This document shows positions 27,574 to 37,865 of a stretch of 43,953 bases of DNA, piece after piece (the stretch's first letter is position 1; each line of letters starts with the position of its first letter). Location of the stretch: NCBI GenBank assembly GCA_039026255.1, contig JBCCMR010000001.1, forward strand, positions 1-43,953. Reading direction: 5' to 3'. The translations under genes were made by a program, and so were the position numbers. The stretch is from Pseudomonadota bacterium. Lineage in GTDB: Bacteria > Pseudomonadota > Alphaproteobacteria > Rhodobacterales > Rhodobacteraceae. The notes under the pieces were generated by a model. It searched no databases, was not told the DNA's origin, and saw only the letters and a program-made list of their open reading frames with translations.

Positions 27574-29214
27574 ATGGAAACTGTGATCTACAGCGCCAAA
27601 ACGGTCATCACGATGAACCCCGCCCGCCCCGAGGTCAGCCATGTCGCGGTGCGCGACGGCCGTATCCTGGGCGCCGGTAGCCTTCGGGAACTTGCCATTT
27701 GGGGGGATCACCGGGTGGACGACCGCTTTGCGGACAAAGTACTGATGCCCGGCTTTGTGGAAGGCCACGCCCACACAATGGAAGGTACGCTTTGGCGCAA
27801 CGTCTATTGCGGCTTCTTTGACCGCACGGACCCCGCGGGGCGGACCTGGGAGGGGGCGAAATCGCTCGACGCGGTCTTCGCACGGCTCGCGGAGGCCTCG
27901 GCGGACCTCCCGGACGACGAAACCCCGCTTTCCGGCTGGCAGCTTGACCCGATTTATCTCGACAACGTGAAGGTGTCGCGCGGCCAACTAGATGCGGTGT
28001 CGGCCATCCGGCCGATCGGGGTGCTTCATGCCTCGGGCCATATCATGAACGTTAACACTCGGGCGCTCGAGCTTGCTGGCCTTTTAAAGCCTGGGATCAA
28101 CCACCCAGGCATACCGCTGGGGCGGGATGGGCTACCCACGGGAGAGTTGCGCGGACCCGAAGCCTATATGCCCGTCGGCGTCCACGTAGGCTTTGACCGG
28201 GACGTACTTGCCTGCGATGCGGCGGGGCTTTGGGATTTTGGTAAGCTCTGCGTGCGCACGGGCACCACAACGATCACCGATCTAGCGGCGCGCTTGGGGG
28301 AAGACAGCGTGCCGATGATGCTAGAAGTTACTGGCCACAAAAACTATCCGGCGCGGGTTGTGCCGCTGCGGTTTGCCTTGGGCTCCCCCCCCGAAGAGGT
28401 GATCGCCCATGCCGTTTCCCTGCAAAAGCAGAGCACAGACCGGTTGCGCCTCGGGCGGGTAAAAGTCGTGGCAGACGGGTCGATACAGGGTTTTTCAGCG
28501 CGCCTGCGTTGGCCGGGCTACTTTAATGGGGCCGAAAACGGGCTTTGGTACATCGCACCCGAGCAACTGCGCGAACTCTTTGATCGGGCGCTCGCCGCGG
28601 GCGTGCAGGTGCACACGCACACAAACGGTGATCAGGCCACCGAACTTGTGCTTGACACGCTGGACGAGGTGCTGCGCGACCGCGCCGCCACTGACCACCG
28701 CTTCACACTGCAGCACTGCCAACTGGCCGACACCGCCCAGTTTCGCCGTATGGCGCGACTGGGCATGTGCGTGAACCTATTTGCCAACCACCATTTTTAC
28801 TGGGGGGACGAACACTATCGGTTGACTGTCGGACCAGAGCGGGCCGAACGCATGAACGCCTGCGCGACTGCGCTGACCCACGGTGTGCCGATGGCGATCC
28901 ATTCGGACGCCCCAGTGACGCCTCTGGGCCCGCTCTTCACAGCCTGGTGCGCCGTCAACAGGATCACAGCCAGCGGGCGGCTCCAGGGCAGGCACGAACG
29001 TATTTCGGTGGCCGATGCGCTTTGGGCGATCACCCTAGGGGCAGCGTTCACACTGAAACTCGACGGAGAAATCGGCTCTATCGAAGCGGGCAAGAAGGCG
29101 GATTTTGCTGTGCTCGACGAGGACCCGCGCGCGGTTGAGCCGATTGACCTGCGCCACGTCAGTGTCTGGGGCACAGTGCAGGGGGGACGCGTCTTCGCGG
29201 CGGCAGACTTATGA
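27574..29214 (+). CDS. amidohydrolase (YtcJ/Amidohydro_3-like)
   Basis: MPGFVEGHAH, HASGH, K..ADGSIQG, HTHTNGD, QHCQ, HSDAPV, GSIEAGKKADF.VL. Confidence 0.92.
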   Translation: METVIYSAKTVITMNPARPEVSHVAVRDGRILGAGSLRELAIWGDHRVDDRFADKVLMPGFVEGHAHTMEGTLWRNVYCGFFDRTDPAGRTWEGAKSLDAVFARLAEASADLPDDETPLSGWQLDPIYLDNVKVSRGQLDAVSAIRPIGVLHASGHIMNVNTRALELAGLLKPGINHPGIPLGRDGLPTGELRGPEAYMPVGVHVGFDRDVLACDAAGLWDFGKLCVRTGTTTITDLAARLGEDSVPMMLEVTGHKNYPARVVPLRFALGSPPEEVIAHAVSLQKQSTDRLRLGRVKVVADGSIQGFSARLRWPGYFNGAENGLWYIAPEQLRELFDRALAAGVQVHTHTNGDQATELVLDTLDEVLRDRAATDHRFTLQHCQLADTAQFRRMARLGMCVNLFANHHFYWGDEHYRLTVGPERAERMNACATALTHGVPMAIHSDAPVTPLGPLFTAWCAVNRITASGRLQGRHERISVADALWAITLGAAFTLKLDGEIGSIEAGKKADFAVLDEDPRAVEPIDLRHVSVWGTVQGGRVFAAADL

Positions 29215-30167
29215 CGGCGACCGGAGACCATCCGGTGACGCCTGTGACCGTCGTTGGCGGCTACCTAGGCGCGGGCAAAACAACCCTTGTGAACCACCTT
29301 CTGCGAAACGCAGCGGGTCTTCGCCTGGCGGTGCTGGTAAACGATTTTGGCGCGCTGCCTATCGATGCAGACCTGATTGAGAGCCAGGACGGCGACACTA
29401 TCGCAATCGCCGGGGGCTGCGTTTGCTGCTCCTACGGGTCCGACATGACCGACGCCCTGCGCCAGGTTCTGGCCCGTGACCCGGCGCCCGACCATATCGT
29501 GCTCGAAGCCTCGGGGGTGGCGCTGCCCGGGGTGATTGCCGCAAGCGTTGACTTGATGCCGGGGCTGTCAACAGACGGCGTAGTGATACTCGCCGATACC
29601 GAAAACCTGATATCAGCCGCAGCGCACCCCTACATGGGGGACACCATCACCCGGCAATTGGCGGACGCAGACCTTGTGATCTTGAACAAGATAGACCTGG
29701 CGGACCCGGCCCCGTCGGTTGCGCTTATTGCCCGGTCTGCGGGCCGCGCCGCGGTTGTGCAGGCAAAAGAGGCGGCGGTGCCACCCGACCTGATCTTACG
29801 CCGCTACCCGGACGCACATCGGTCAGCTGCGCGCCACGACACCGCTGGGTACGCTACCCTTAGCCTGCCCATGGTCGGCGCCATCGACCCCCAGGACCTT
29901 GCGCAGCGCCTGGCGAAGCTTGGGCTCTTGCGGGCCAAGGGCTTCGTGCTTGACGCTCAGGGTGCCCGTTGGGAGGTGCAAGCCACTGCCGCCCGCGCCA
30001 CGGCCAGCCCCGTGTCGCCGGGAGGGCCCCTGGGGCTGGTGTTAATCGGCCTGCGTGAGACCTGGGACCCCGATGCGCTGAGCGCCATGCTGAGCCCTTC
30101 GGGAGCGGACGCAAGGTCCAAGGACACCCCGGACACCCACCGTGAAACGGCAAGCCCGCCGCTTTAG
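29211..30167 (+). CDS. CobW/COG0523 family G3E GTPase (metallochaperone)
   Basis: GYLGAGKTT, LVNDFG, GGCVCC, EASGVA, QLADAD..ILNK.D, RAKG. ATGA overlap with amidohydrolase. Confidence 0.92.
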   Translation: MTATGDHPVTPVTVVGGYLGAGKTTLVNHLLRNAAGLRLAVLVNDFGALPIDADLIESQDGDTIAIAGGCVCCSYGSDMTDALRQVLARDPAPDHIVLEASGVALPGVIAASVDLMPGLSTDGVVILADTENLISAAAHPYMGDTITRQLADADLVILNKIDLADPAPSVALIARSAGRAAVVQAKEAAVPPDLILRRYPDAHRSAARHDTAGYATLSLPMVGAIDPQDLAQRLAKLGLLRAKGFVLDAQGARWEVQATAARATASPVSPGGPLGLVLIGLRETWDPDALSAMLSPSGADARSKDTPDTHRETASPPL

Positions 30168-30303
30168 GCCGCCCGACCCCCAGCCCCGAGGCCCCGTCCT
30201 TCCGGTGACCCAGATCCGGCCACCCCGGAGAATGTTCTGCGCCCAATGCCTACACCAAGCGCTTGACCCTTGACCCGGGCGGCAAAAGCTGGGACCCGCG
30301 CGC

Positions 30304-30924
30304 ATGCCCGATCAAAGCCAGCCGCAGATATACCTGATCACACCCCGGGTGTTTGACCTGAACGCCTTTGACACAGACCTTGCACGGCTTCTTGATGCAT
30401 TGCCGGTAGCCTGCGTAAGACTGCGGTCGGGCGAAAGCGTCGATGCACTTTCGCGGGCTGCGGACGCGCTGCGTGACACCTGCCATGGACGCGACGTGGC
30501 GCTTGTGCTCGAAGGCCCCGCGAGTCTGGCCCAAAGTCACGGGCTCGACGGGGTGCACCTACCTGATGGCGCCCGCTCGATCCGCGCGGCGCGCAAAACG
30601 CTTGAGGATGGGGCTATCGTCGGGGCTTTCTGCGACGGGTCACGCCATACCGGGCTTTCAGCGGGCGAGGCTGGCGCAGATTATGTGGCCTTCGGTCCGG
30701 TCACTGCAACCGGGCTAAGCCACCAGGACCCGGTAGACCTGGCAACCTTCGCCTGGTGGTCCGAAATGATCGAGTTGCCGGTGGTGGCTGAGGGGGGCAT
30801 AACCCTTGACGCTGCGGAAACGCTTGCCCCGGTGTGCGATTTCTTGGCCCTAGGACCAGAAATCTGGGCCCAAGGACAAAGTGCCGAGACCGCGCTGCGG
30901 GAATACGTGGCGCGCATCACCTGA
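30304..30924 (+). CDS. thiamine phosphate synthase (ThiE/TenI) family protein
   Basis: QIYLITP, DGVHL, SRH.G..AGEAGADYVAFGPV, WWSEMIELPVVAEGG. Confidence 0.85.
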   Translation: MPDQSQPQIYLITPRVFDLNAFDTDLARLLDALPVACVRLRSGESVDALSRAADALRDTCHGRDVALVLEGPASLAQSHGLDGVHLPDGARSIRAARKTLEDGAIVGAFCDGSRHTGLSAGEAGADYVAFGPVTATGLSHQDPVDLATFAWWSEMIELPVVAEGGITLDAAETLAPVCDFLALGPEIWAQGQSAETALREYVARIT

Positions 30925-31096
30925 CACCTGGACTGCAACATCGCCGCAGGCATTGCCCGATGTCGCCACGCGAGCCATACGTTGACAGCCTATAAACCCC
31001 GGGAAATCTTCGTGAAAGTGACGCCTGTCACTTGCGTGGCAGTATTCCTACCGCGTACGATTTCTTCAAAGATGGGTTAATTGAAAGAGTTCTCCG

Positions 31097-32710
31097 ATGC
31101 CGCCAAAGTTGTCTGCAACCGTGGGCGATCCCAAAGCCACGCCTAAACCAACCAACAAACCGGCCGATGTGGAACTGGTGGAAGCGATGCTGATCGCAAA
31201 CGGCTATCCGCGCCAAATAAAGGGCAAAATCAGCCCGCAACTTATCAAAGAGATTAAGTTTTTTCAGAAAAACAAGGGCAAGGCCAAGGACCCCAGCGGG
31301 GTGATCGACGCCAAAGACCCGGCCTGGGTGAAGGGCTACCCGAAGTTTGTCACCTACTACGACCAGATCACGTCGTTCACCGCCTACAAGGTTAAGGAGA
31401 ACGGCAAGGAAAAAATGATCACCGTCGACGAATACCTGCGCATGGAAAAGGACTGCCGCTACAACATGGAGCGGACCGCCCGCAACATGTACATCGACGC
31501 CGACCAGATCGACCGGCTGATCACCCAGATGCACAAACGCGCCGACGGGTCCGCAGGGTTTGTAAATGCGCTGGCACATATGGGAGTGTCCGGTTGGAAA
31601 GGTATCGAGATCCCCAAAGCCAAAGCCGCCCTGGATGCCCGGGCGGCGGCCACAGACCTCGAAAACCTGGTCAAGCGTACCAAGGTCGACTGGAAAAAAG
31701 TCAACGAACAGCAAAAACGGGCGCGGGCGCTCCTGAACAAGGCCACGAAAGAGTGGAAGGCCTACGAAAAGGTGTATGTCGAAGGCGCCGAACAAGGCGT
31801 CGTGGGCGCCACAATTGTGCGCGAAGGCTCATTTGCGGTGCTCGAAACGCTGGCGACCGCTTATCTGGTGACCACCCGTGGCATGCCACTTAAAAAAGCA
31901 GAAGTCTTGGCCGCCGCCGGGTGCGAGGGGCTAAAGGTCACGGCAGGCGAAATCGGCGAATACGCCGCAAATGACAAGGTCGACATCGCCAAAAGCGCCC
32001 AAAAAATTGTCACTGGCATGGCTATTGCGGGTGGCGCGAAATTTCTTGGCGGCAAGATCGACGCGAAATTCCTGACTAAAGTCGCCACCAAAGCGGTGGG
32101 ACCCATCGCGCGCCGTTTTGCCAGTTCTGGCGTACCGCTTTACCTCATGACCGTTTACGTCAACAAAATCTTCTCCTCGACCATTGGCAGCGAGATGCTA
32201 AAAAATGCCGTGGAAGAGACGTTCAAAACCGTCAGCGGATCGCTGGCGAAGGGCAAACTGCCTGACGAAAAGGCGATCATGGACGGCTCAGTTAACGCGC
32301 TTCTGGGAGCCTTCACTGGCTGCCTGCCGATCAAAAGCCTCCAGAAGTTTGACGACAAATGGGCCGCCAAAGCCTACGACGCCATGATCGACGATTTCTC
32401 GCCCACCTACAAAAAGGCGATCAAAAACCAGTTGGTAAAGCACTTCCCCCACGAGATGGTGAGCAAATGGGTCAAAGTGGGCGGCGATGACGCCATCCAG
32501 AGCGTGGTGCAGAAAGTCCGCGATGAGGCGTTCAAAACCGGGATGAAAGGCGCCATCGAAAGCGCCACCGGCACCGAAAAGAAGCCTGAGGACTTCGAAA
32601 AGATGGCCAAAAAGGCGCTCGCCCGAGATAAACAGCTGCAAGATAAGGTGCAGATGATGCTAGCGATCCGCGCTAAAGCCGAAATGAAAAAAATGGCTAA
32701 GGCGAACTAG
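31097..32710 (+). CDS. Lys-rich hypothetical protein with degenerate PG-binding-like N-terminus
   Basis: 537-aa ORF with strong coding-type codon bias. VG....N.PADV.LV..ML..NGY....I..FQ.....GVID, then a helical/coiled-coil body. Confidence 0.8.
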   Translation: MPPKLSATVGDPKATPKPTNKPADVELVEAMLIANGYPRQIKGKISPQLIKEIKFFQKNKGKAKDPSGVIDAKDPAWVKGYPKFVTYYDQITSFTAYKVKENGKEKMITVDEYLRMEKDCRYNMERTARNMYIDADQIDRLITQMHKRADGSAGFVNALAHMGVSGWKGIEIPKAKAALDARAAATDLENLVKRTKVDWKKVNEQQKRARALLNKATKEWKAYEKVYVEGAEQGVVGATIVREGSFAVLETLATAYLVTTRGMPLKKAEVLAAAGCEGLKVTAGEIGEYAANDKVDIAKSAQKIVTGMAIAGGAKFLGGKIDAKFLTKVATKAVGPIARRFASSGVPLYLMTVYVNKIFSSTIGSEMLKNAVEETFKTVSGSLAKGKLPDEKAIMDGSVNALLGAFTGCLPIKSLQKFDDKWAAKAYDAMIDDFSPTYKKAIKNQLVKHFPHEMVSKWVKVGGDDAIQSVVQKVRDEAFKTGMKGAIESATGTEKKPEDFEKMAKKALARDKQLQDKVQMMLAIRAKAEMKKMAKAN

Positions 32711-32883
32711 CGACCCGAGCCGGGTCGGTCCCGCAAACCAAGCGATGCACTTTGTCCGGTTGCCCCGCTGGCCCGCGGGGCGTCGGGCAACACCTCCGCG
32801 ACCGAAACCTTACCGCCACGACATAGGAAGCCCTACCGTGCGTAAGGCAGGCCGGAGGCGGCACAGACGCCTTGGCCCAACGA

Positions 32884-32908
32884 CTCTCCTCTAGCCAAAT
32901 ACTCAAAT
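32884..32908 (+). repeat. dispersed intergenic motif, copy 4
   Basis: ctctcctctagccaaatactcaaat. Confidence 0.5.
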
Positions 32909-32979
32909 CCCCCGACCAGCGCCGGGCGCGGCGGGAAGTGGCGGTTTACGGCCCCGGGGGCCAGGGCTAACCTCGAGCT

Positions 32980-33924
32980 ATGCTGCGCTACACGGTCCTT
33001 CGCCTGCAATCACTTATCCTCTCGCTCCTGGTGGCGTCGGTGGTCATCTTTGTGACGGTCGAGATCGTGCCCGGGGACCCGGCAAGCTTTATGCTGGGCA
33101 TAAACGCCCAGCCGGACACGGTCGCCGCACTGCGCGCAGAACTGGGACTCGATCAGGGGCCATTCACGCGGTACCTCGCGTGGGTGAGTGGGCTCATGCA
33201 GGGGGACCTGGGCACCAGCTACACCTACCGGGCGCCGGTGGCTGACATGGTTGGCGACCGGCTTTGGATATCTTTGCCACTTGCGATTTACGCGTTGATC
33301 CTATCGACGGCCATCGCTTTTCCGGCGGGAATCCTGGCGGCGACCCGGCGGGGCTCCGCAGCGGATATCGGGGTTATGGGGATGACGCAGCTTGGCGTGG
33401 CCATCCCCAATTTCTGGTTTGCTATGATCATGGTGCTTATCTTTGCCGTGAACCTGCGCTGGTTTTCAGCGGGCGGCTTTCCAGGGTGGGAGAATCCGCT
33501 GCACGCGCTCCATGCGCTGACCCTGCCGGCCATCGCGCTGGCCCTGCCCCAGGCGTCGATTCTGGCGCGGGTGATGCGCTCCGCCCTGCTCGAGACCCTC
33601 GACGAAGACTATATCCGCACCGCGCGCGCCAAGGGGCTGACCCGGCGTCAGGTTCTCTGGCGCCACGCCCTGCGCAATGCCATGATCCCGGTCCTGACCA
33701 TCATCGGCCTGCAATTTGCATTTCTGATCGCCGGCGGCATCATCATCGAGAACGTATTTTACCTGCCAGGTCTTGGGCGGCTGATTTTCCAGGCCATCTC
33801 CCAGCGCGATCTTATCGTTGTGGAAAGCACGGTCATGCTCCTCGTCTTTGCTGTCATCGTGGTCAATTTCGCGGTCGATTTGGCCTATGCGGTGGTCGAC
33901 CCGCGGTTGCGGAGCGCCCGCTGA
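32980..33924 (+). CDS. peptide ABC transporter permease (DppB-like)
   Basis: VPGDPA, LGLDQ, GDLGTS, IPNFW, EDYIRTARAKG, IENVFYLPGLG, VDPR. Confidence 0.94.
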   Translation: MLRYTVLRLQSLILSLLVASVVIFVTVEIVPGDPASFMLGINAQPDTVAALRAELGLDQGPFTRYLAWVSGLMQGDLGTSYTYRAPVADMVGDRLWISLPLAIYALILSTAIAFPAGILAATRRGSAADIGVMGMTQLGVAIPNFWFAMIMVLIFAVNLRWFSAGGFPGWENPLHALHALTLPAIALALPQASILARVMRSALLETLDEDYIRTARAKGLTRRQVLWRHALRNAMIPVLTIIGLQFAFLIAGGIIIENVFYLPGLGRLIFQAISQRDLIVVESTVMLLVFAVIVVNFAVDLAYAVVDPRLRSAR

Positions 33925-33967
33925 TGGCCGCCACCACCCCCGCGGGCCAACATCCCGCCCCTGCCCC

Positions 33968-34789
33968 ATGATCGGCGCGCGCAACCTGATCCTGGGCGGC
34001 ACGCTCACGGCGGTCTTTGTGGCCCTTGCAATCCTGTCATTCCTCTGGACGCCTTACGACTACACCGGCGTTGACGTGGCCAACCGCCTCAAAGGCCCGC
34101 TCAGCCCCGGCTACCTTTTGGGCACCGACCACTTCGGCCGCGACATCCTGAGCATGATCATGGTCGGCGCCCGCACCTCTATCGCCGTGGCCATCGTGGC
34201 GGTGGGCATCGGCATGTCCGTGGGTGTACCGCTGGGCCTTCTTGCCGCATCGGGCCGGGGCGGATGGGTCGACGAAATCACCATGCGCGGCAACGATCTG
34301 GTCTTCGCTTTCCCGTCCCTCGTCATCGCCATTCTGATCACGGCGATCTTTGGCCCGTCGGCCTTTAACGCAATCATCGCCATCGGCATCTTCAACGTAC
34401 CCGTTTTCGCCCGGCTGACCCGGGGCGCCGCGCTGAGCCTTTGGCAGCGCGACTACATCCTGGCGGCGCGGGTGGCGGGTAAAGGCCCGCTGCGCATCAG
34501 CGTGGAACACATCCTGCCTAATGTGGCAAACCTTTTGATCGTCCAGGGCACAATCCAGTTTTCGCTCGGCATCCTGGCCGAGGCGGGGCTATCTTACGTG
34601 GGGCTTGGCGCCCAGCCGCCCACCCCCAGCTGGGGACGTATGCTGGCCGAAAGCCAGACCATGATCACCATCGCCCCCCACATGGCACTTTTCCCAGGGC
34701 TGGCGATTGTGCTGACGGTGCTCGGGCTAAACCTGATGGGCGACGGGCTACGCGACGCGCTTGACCCGCGGCTGCGGGGCCGCTCATGA
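33968..34789 (+). CDS. peptide ABC transporter permease (DppC-like)
   Basis: LGTDHFGRD, DYILAARVAG, HILPN, EAGLSYVGLG..PP.PSWG, GDGLRDALDPR. Confidence 0.94.
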   Translation: MIGARNLILGGTLTAVFVALAILSFLWTPYDYTGVDVANRLKGPLSPGYLLGTDHFGRDILSMIMVGARTSIAVAIVAVGIGMSVGVPLGLLAASGRGGWVDEITMRGNDLVFAFPSLVIAILITAIFGPSAFNAIIAIGIFNVPVFARLTRGAALSLWQRDYILAARVAGKGPLRISVEHILPNVANLLIVQGTIQFSLGILAEAGLSYVGLGAQPPTPSWGRMLAESQTMITIAPHMALFPGLAIVLTVLGLNLMGDGLRDALDPRLRGRS

Positions 34790-36414
34790 CACTTTTGTCG
34801 GTGTCCGGGCTCAACCTTTCTATCGGGACGCTACCGATCCTCCACGACGTGGCCCTGACCGTCGCGCGTGGCCAGATCGTGGGCGTCATCGGCGAAAGCG
34901 GGTCGGGCAAATCCATGACCGCCTACGCGATCACCCAACTTCTACCAGCGGGCGCCCAGGCCCAAGGCACTGTCACCCTGGACGGCCACGACATTCTGTC
35001 CGCCGATGAGCCGACCATGTGCGCCCTGCGCGGCGCCACTGTCTCGATGATCTTTCAAGAACCGATGACCGCGCTTAATCCGGTCAAAACCATCGGCGAC
35101 CAGGTGGCCGAGGCGATCCTCGTGCACGAAAACGTCCCCCGGGCCGAGGCCATGGCCCGGGCGCGGGCCGCGCTCGACCGGGTGGAACTGACCGCCGACC
35201 GCTTCCCGCTGGGCCGTTACCCCCACGAAATGTCTGGCGGCCAGCGCCAGCGGGTCTGCATCGCCATGGCCATTGCCCTGCGCCCGGCGCTCCTCATTGC
35301 TGATGAGCCGACAACCGCGCTCGACGTGACCACCCAGGCAGGGATCCTCACGCTTCTGAAACGGCTGGTGGTGGAAGACGGTATGGGGCTTTTGATGATC
35401 ACCCACGACCTGGCTGTCGTTGCTGATATGGCCGACGAAATCCACATCATGCGCGCGGGCCGCGTGGTGGAGGCAGGCCCCACGGGGCAGGTTTTCCGGG
35501 CCATGCGCCACCCCTATTCGCGCCAACTTCTCGCGGCAAGCGGGCATACCCCCGACCGTGAGACCCGGGCGGAAGAGACGCTTCTGGAGGTCCGCGACGT
35601 GGTGCGCGACTACGTGCTACCGCGGACCCGGCTCTGGTCGCGGCCCGGGCGTTTTCGGGCGCTCCACGGGGTGAGTCTGACATTGCGCCGGGGTGAGAGC
35701 CTGGGACTGGTCGGGGCATCGGGGTGCGGCAAGTCTACGCTAAGCCGGGCGATACTGGGACTTGAGCCAGTGGAGGCGGGCGACATCCACCTGAGCGGCG
35801 TGCCGGTCTGGGCGGGTGGCGCGGTGGACCGCGCCGTGCGGCGGCGCATGCAGGTCGTCTTCCAGGACCCCTACGGCAGCTTCAACCCGCGCTGGCGGGT
35901 TGGGCGCCTAGTCGCAGAGCCCTTCCACCTGTTAGACCGCTGGCCCGATGACGCAGATGACCAAGTGGCCCAAGCGCTCATCGCGGTGGGGCTTACCCCC
36001 GAGGATGCCGCCAAATACCCGCACGAGTTTTCAGGCGGGCAGCGCCAGCGCATCGCCATTGCCCGGGCGCTGATCATCCGCCCCGATCTGATCGTGCTTG
36101 ACGAAGCGGTCAGCGCGCTAGACGTATCCATCCGGGCGCAAATCCTTGACCTTTTGGCGGACCTGGGGGGGCGCTTCGGCCTGAGCTATCTCTTCATCAG
36201 CCACGACCTGTCAGTTGTGCGGTCGATCACCGACCGGGTCCTGGTGATGGATGCGGGCCGAATTGTCGAAGAAGGCCCCACAGAACAGGTCTTTGACGCC
36301 CCGCGCCACCCCTATACGAAAAGCCTAATCGACGCCGCCCCGCGCTTGCCCAATGGCGCGGGAACCGACAGCCCGACCCCACCGCAGACCCTTTCGGAGA
36401 CCCGCGCCCCATGA
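34786..36414 (+). CDS. peptide ABC transporter ATP-binding protein (fused DppD/DppF)
   Basis: Two ABC domains: [19 protein letters not shown] and [19 protein letters not shown], plus HPY motifs. Confidence 0.95.
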   Translation: MTLLSVSGLNLSIGTLPILHDVALTVARGQIVGVIGESGSGKSMTAYAITQLLPAGAQAQGTVTLDGHDILSADEPTMCALRGATVSMIFQEPMTALNPVKTIGDQVAEAILVHENVPRAEAMARARAALDRVELTADRFPLGRYPHEMSGGQRQRVCIAMAIALRPALLIADEPTTALDVTTQAGILTLLKRLVVEDGMGLLMITHDLAVVADMADEIHIMRAGRVVEAGPTGQVFRAMRHPYSRQLLAASGHTPDRETRAEETLLEVRDVVRDYVLPRTRLWSRPGRFRALHGVSLTLRRGESLGLVGASGCGKSTLSRAILGLEPVEAGDIHLSGVPVWAGGAVDRAVRRRMQVVFQDPYGSFNPRWRVGRLVAEPFHLLDRWPDDADDQVAQALIAVGLTPEDAAKYPHEFSGGQRQRIAIARALIIRPDLIVLDEAVSALDVSIRAQILDLLADLGGRFGLSYLFISHDLSVVRSITDRVLVMDAGRIVEEGPTEQVFDAPRHPYTKSLIDAAPRLPNGAGTDSPTPPQTLSETRAP

Positions 36415-37865
36415 CCGACGCCGCCCCCTGGTTCCCCACCGATAAATGCTTCATCGCCGGCGCCTGGATTGCGCCCGCGGGGGCGGACACGTTGCCGCTG
36501 GAGAACCCGTCGGACGGGACCGCGCTGGCGGCTATCGCCCGGGGCGGGGCCGCCGATATCGACCTGGCGGTGACAGCGGCCAAGGGTGCCATGGCGGGGC
36601 CCTGGGGCCGCAGCACCGCCGCGGAGCGGGGCCGCTTGCTGATGCGATTGGGGCAGTTGGTGGAGGCCCGCTGCGAAGACTTAGCTCGGCTGGAGGCACT
36701 TGACGTGGGCAAGCCGCTGACCCAGGCGCGGGCCGACGCGCGCGCCCTGGCGCGCTACTGCGAATTCTACGGCGGTGCGGCGGACAAACTACACGGGGCC
36801 ACCATCCCTTACCTGGACGGCTACACGGTCTACACCCTGCGCGAACCCCACGGGGTCACCGGCCATATCGTGCCCTGGAATTATCCGATGCAGATCATCG
36901 GGCGCTCCGTCGGGGCGGCGCTGGCGGCGGGCAACGCCTGCGTCCTGAAACCCGCTGAAGAGGCGTGCCTGACCGCGCTCGCCTTTACCGACCTCGCGCG
37001 GGAAGCGGGACTACCGGCGGGAGCGCTCAACACTGTGCCTGGCACCGGGGTCGAGGCGGGCGCGGCGCTCTCATCCCACCCGGGCGTGGCCCATGTAAGC
37101 TTTACCGGATCGGTGGCGACCGGTGCGCTTGTGCAGCAGGCGGCCGGGGCCAATGTGGTGCCAGTGACGCTTGAACTGGGCGGCAAATCCCCCCAGGTGA
37201 TTTTCGCCGATGCCGACCTCGACGCAGCGATGCCGTTTTTAGTGGGGGCGGGCATCCAAAATGCGGGGCAGACCTGCTCGGCCTCATCACGCATCCTGGT
37301 AGAGCGAGGCGCCTATGACGCCGTGGTGGAGCGTATGGCCTCCGCCTACCGGGCGCTGCGCGCGGGCCCGGCCCTGGCAGACCTTAACCTGGGGCCGCTG
37401 GTGTCCGGGCGCCAGGCGGCCATTGTCGAGGATTTTCTGGCCGCCGGTAGGGACCTCGACCGGTTAGCCGAAGGTCAAATTGTGGACGACGCGCCCGGGG
37501 GCGGCCATTACGTGGCGCCCGCGCTCTTTGCCGGGGTAACACCCGACCACCGCCTGGCGCGCGACGAAATCTTCGGGCCCGTGCAGGTGATCATCCCCTT
37601 CGACAGCGAAGACGAAGCCGTGGCCATCGCCAACGGCACCGACTACGGCCTGGTGGCTAGCGTCTGGACCCGCGACGGGGCCCGCCAGGGTCGCTTGGCG
37701 CGGGCGCTCGACGCAGGCCAGGTCTTCGTCAACAACTACGGCGCAGGCGGGGGCGTGGAACTGCCATTCGGCGGCGTCGGCAAAAGCGGCCATGGCCGCG
37801 AAAAGGGGTTTGAGGCGCTTTTGGGCTTCACCCGGCTGAAGACAGTGGCGAACCTCCATGGCTGA
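36411..37865 (+). CDS. aldehyde dehydrogenase
   Basis: IVPWNYP, LKPAE, FTGS, LELGGKSP, NAGQTCSA, EIFGPV, PFGG.GKSGHGRE. Confidence 0.96.
   Translation: MTDAAPWFPTDKCFIAGAWIAPAGADTLPLENPSDGTALAAIARGGAADIDLAVTAAKGAMAGPWGRSTAAERGRLLMRLGQLVEARCEDLARLEALDVGKPLTQARADARALARYCEFYGGAADKLHGATIPYLDGYTVYTLREPHGVTGHIVPWNYPMQIIGRSVGAALAAGNACVLKPAEEACLTALAFTDLAREAGLPAGALNTVPGTGVEAGAALSSHPGVAHVSFTGSVATGALVQQAAGANVVPVTLELGGKSPQVIFADADLDAAMPFLVGAGIQNAGQTCSASSRILVERGAYDAVVERMASAYRALRAGPALADLNLGPLVSGRQAAIVEDFLAAGRDLDRLAEGQIVDDAPGGGHYVAPALFAGVTPDHRLARDEIFGPVQVIIPFDSEDEAVAIANGTDYGLVASVWTRDGARQGRLARALDAGQVFVNNYGAGGGVELPFGGVGKSGHGREKGFEALLGFTRLKTVANLHG

Noticed and set aside
30168-30303. TPP riboswitch upstream of the ThiE-like gene
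   Set aside because: No CTGAGA or other THI-box core seen.
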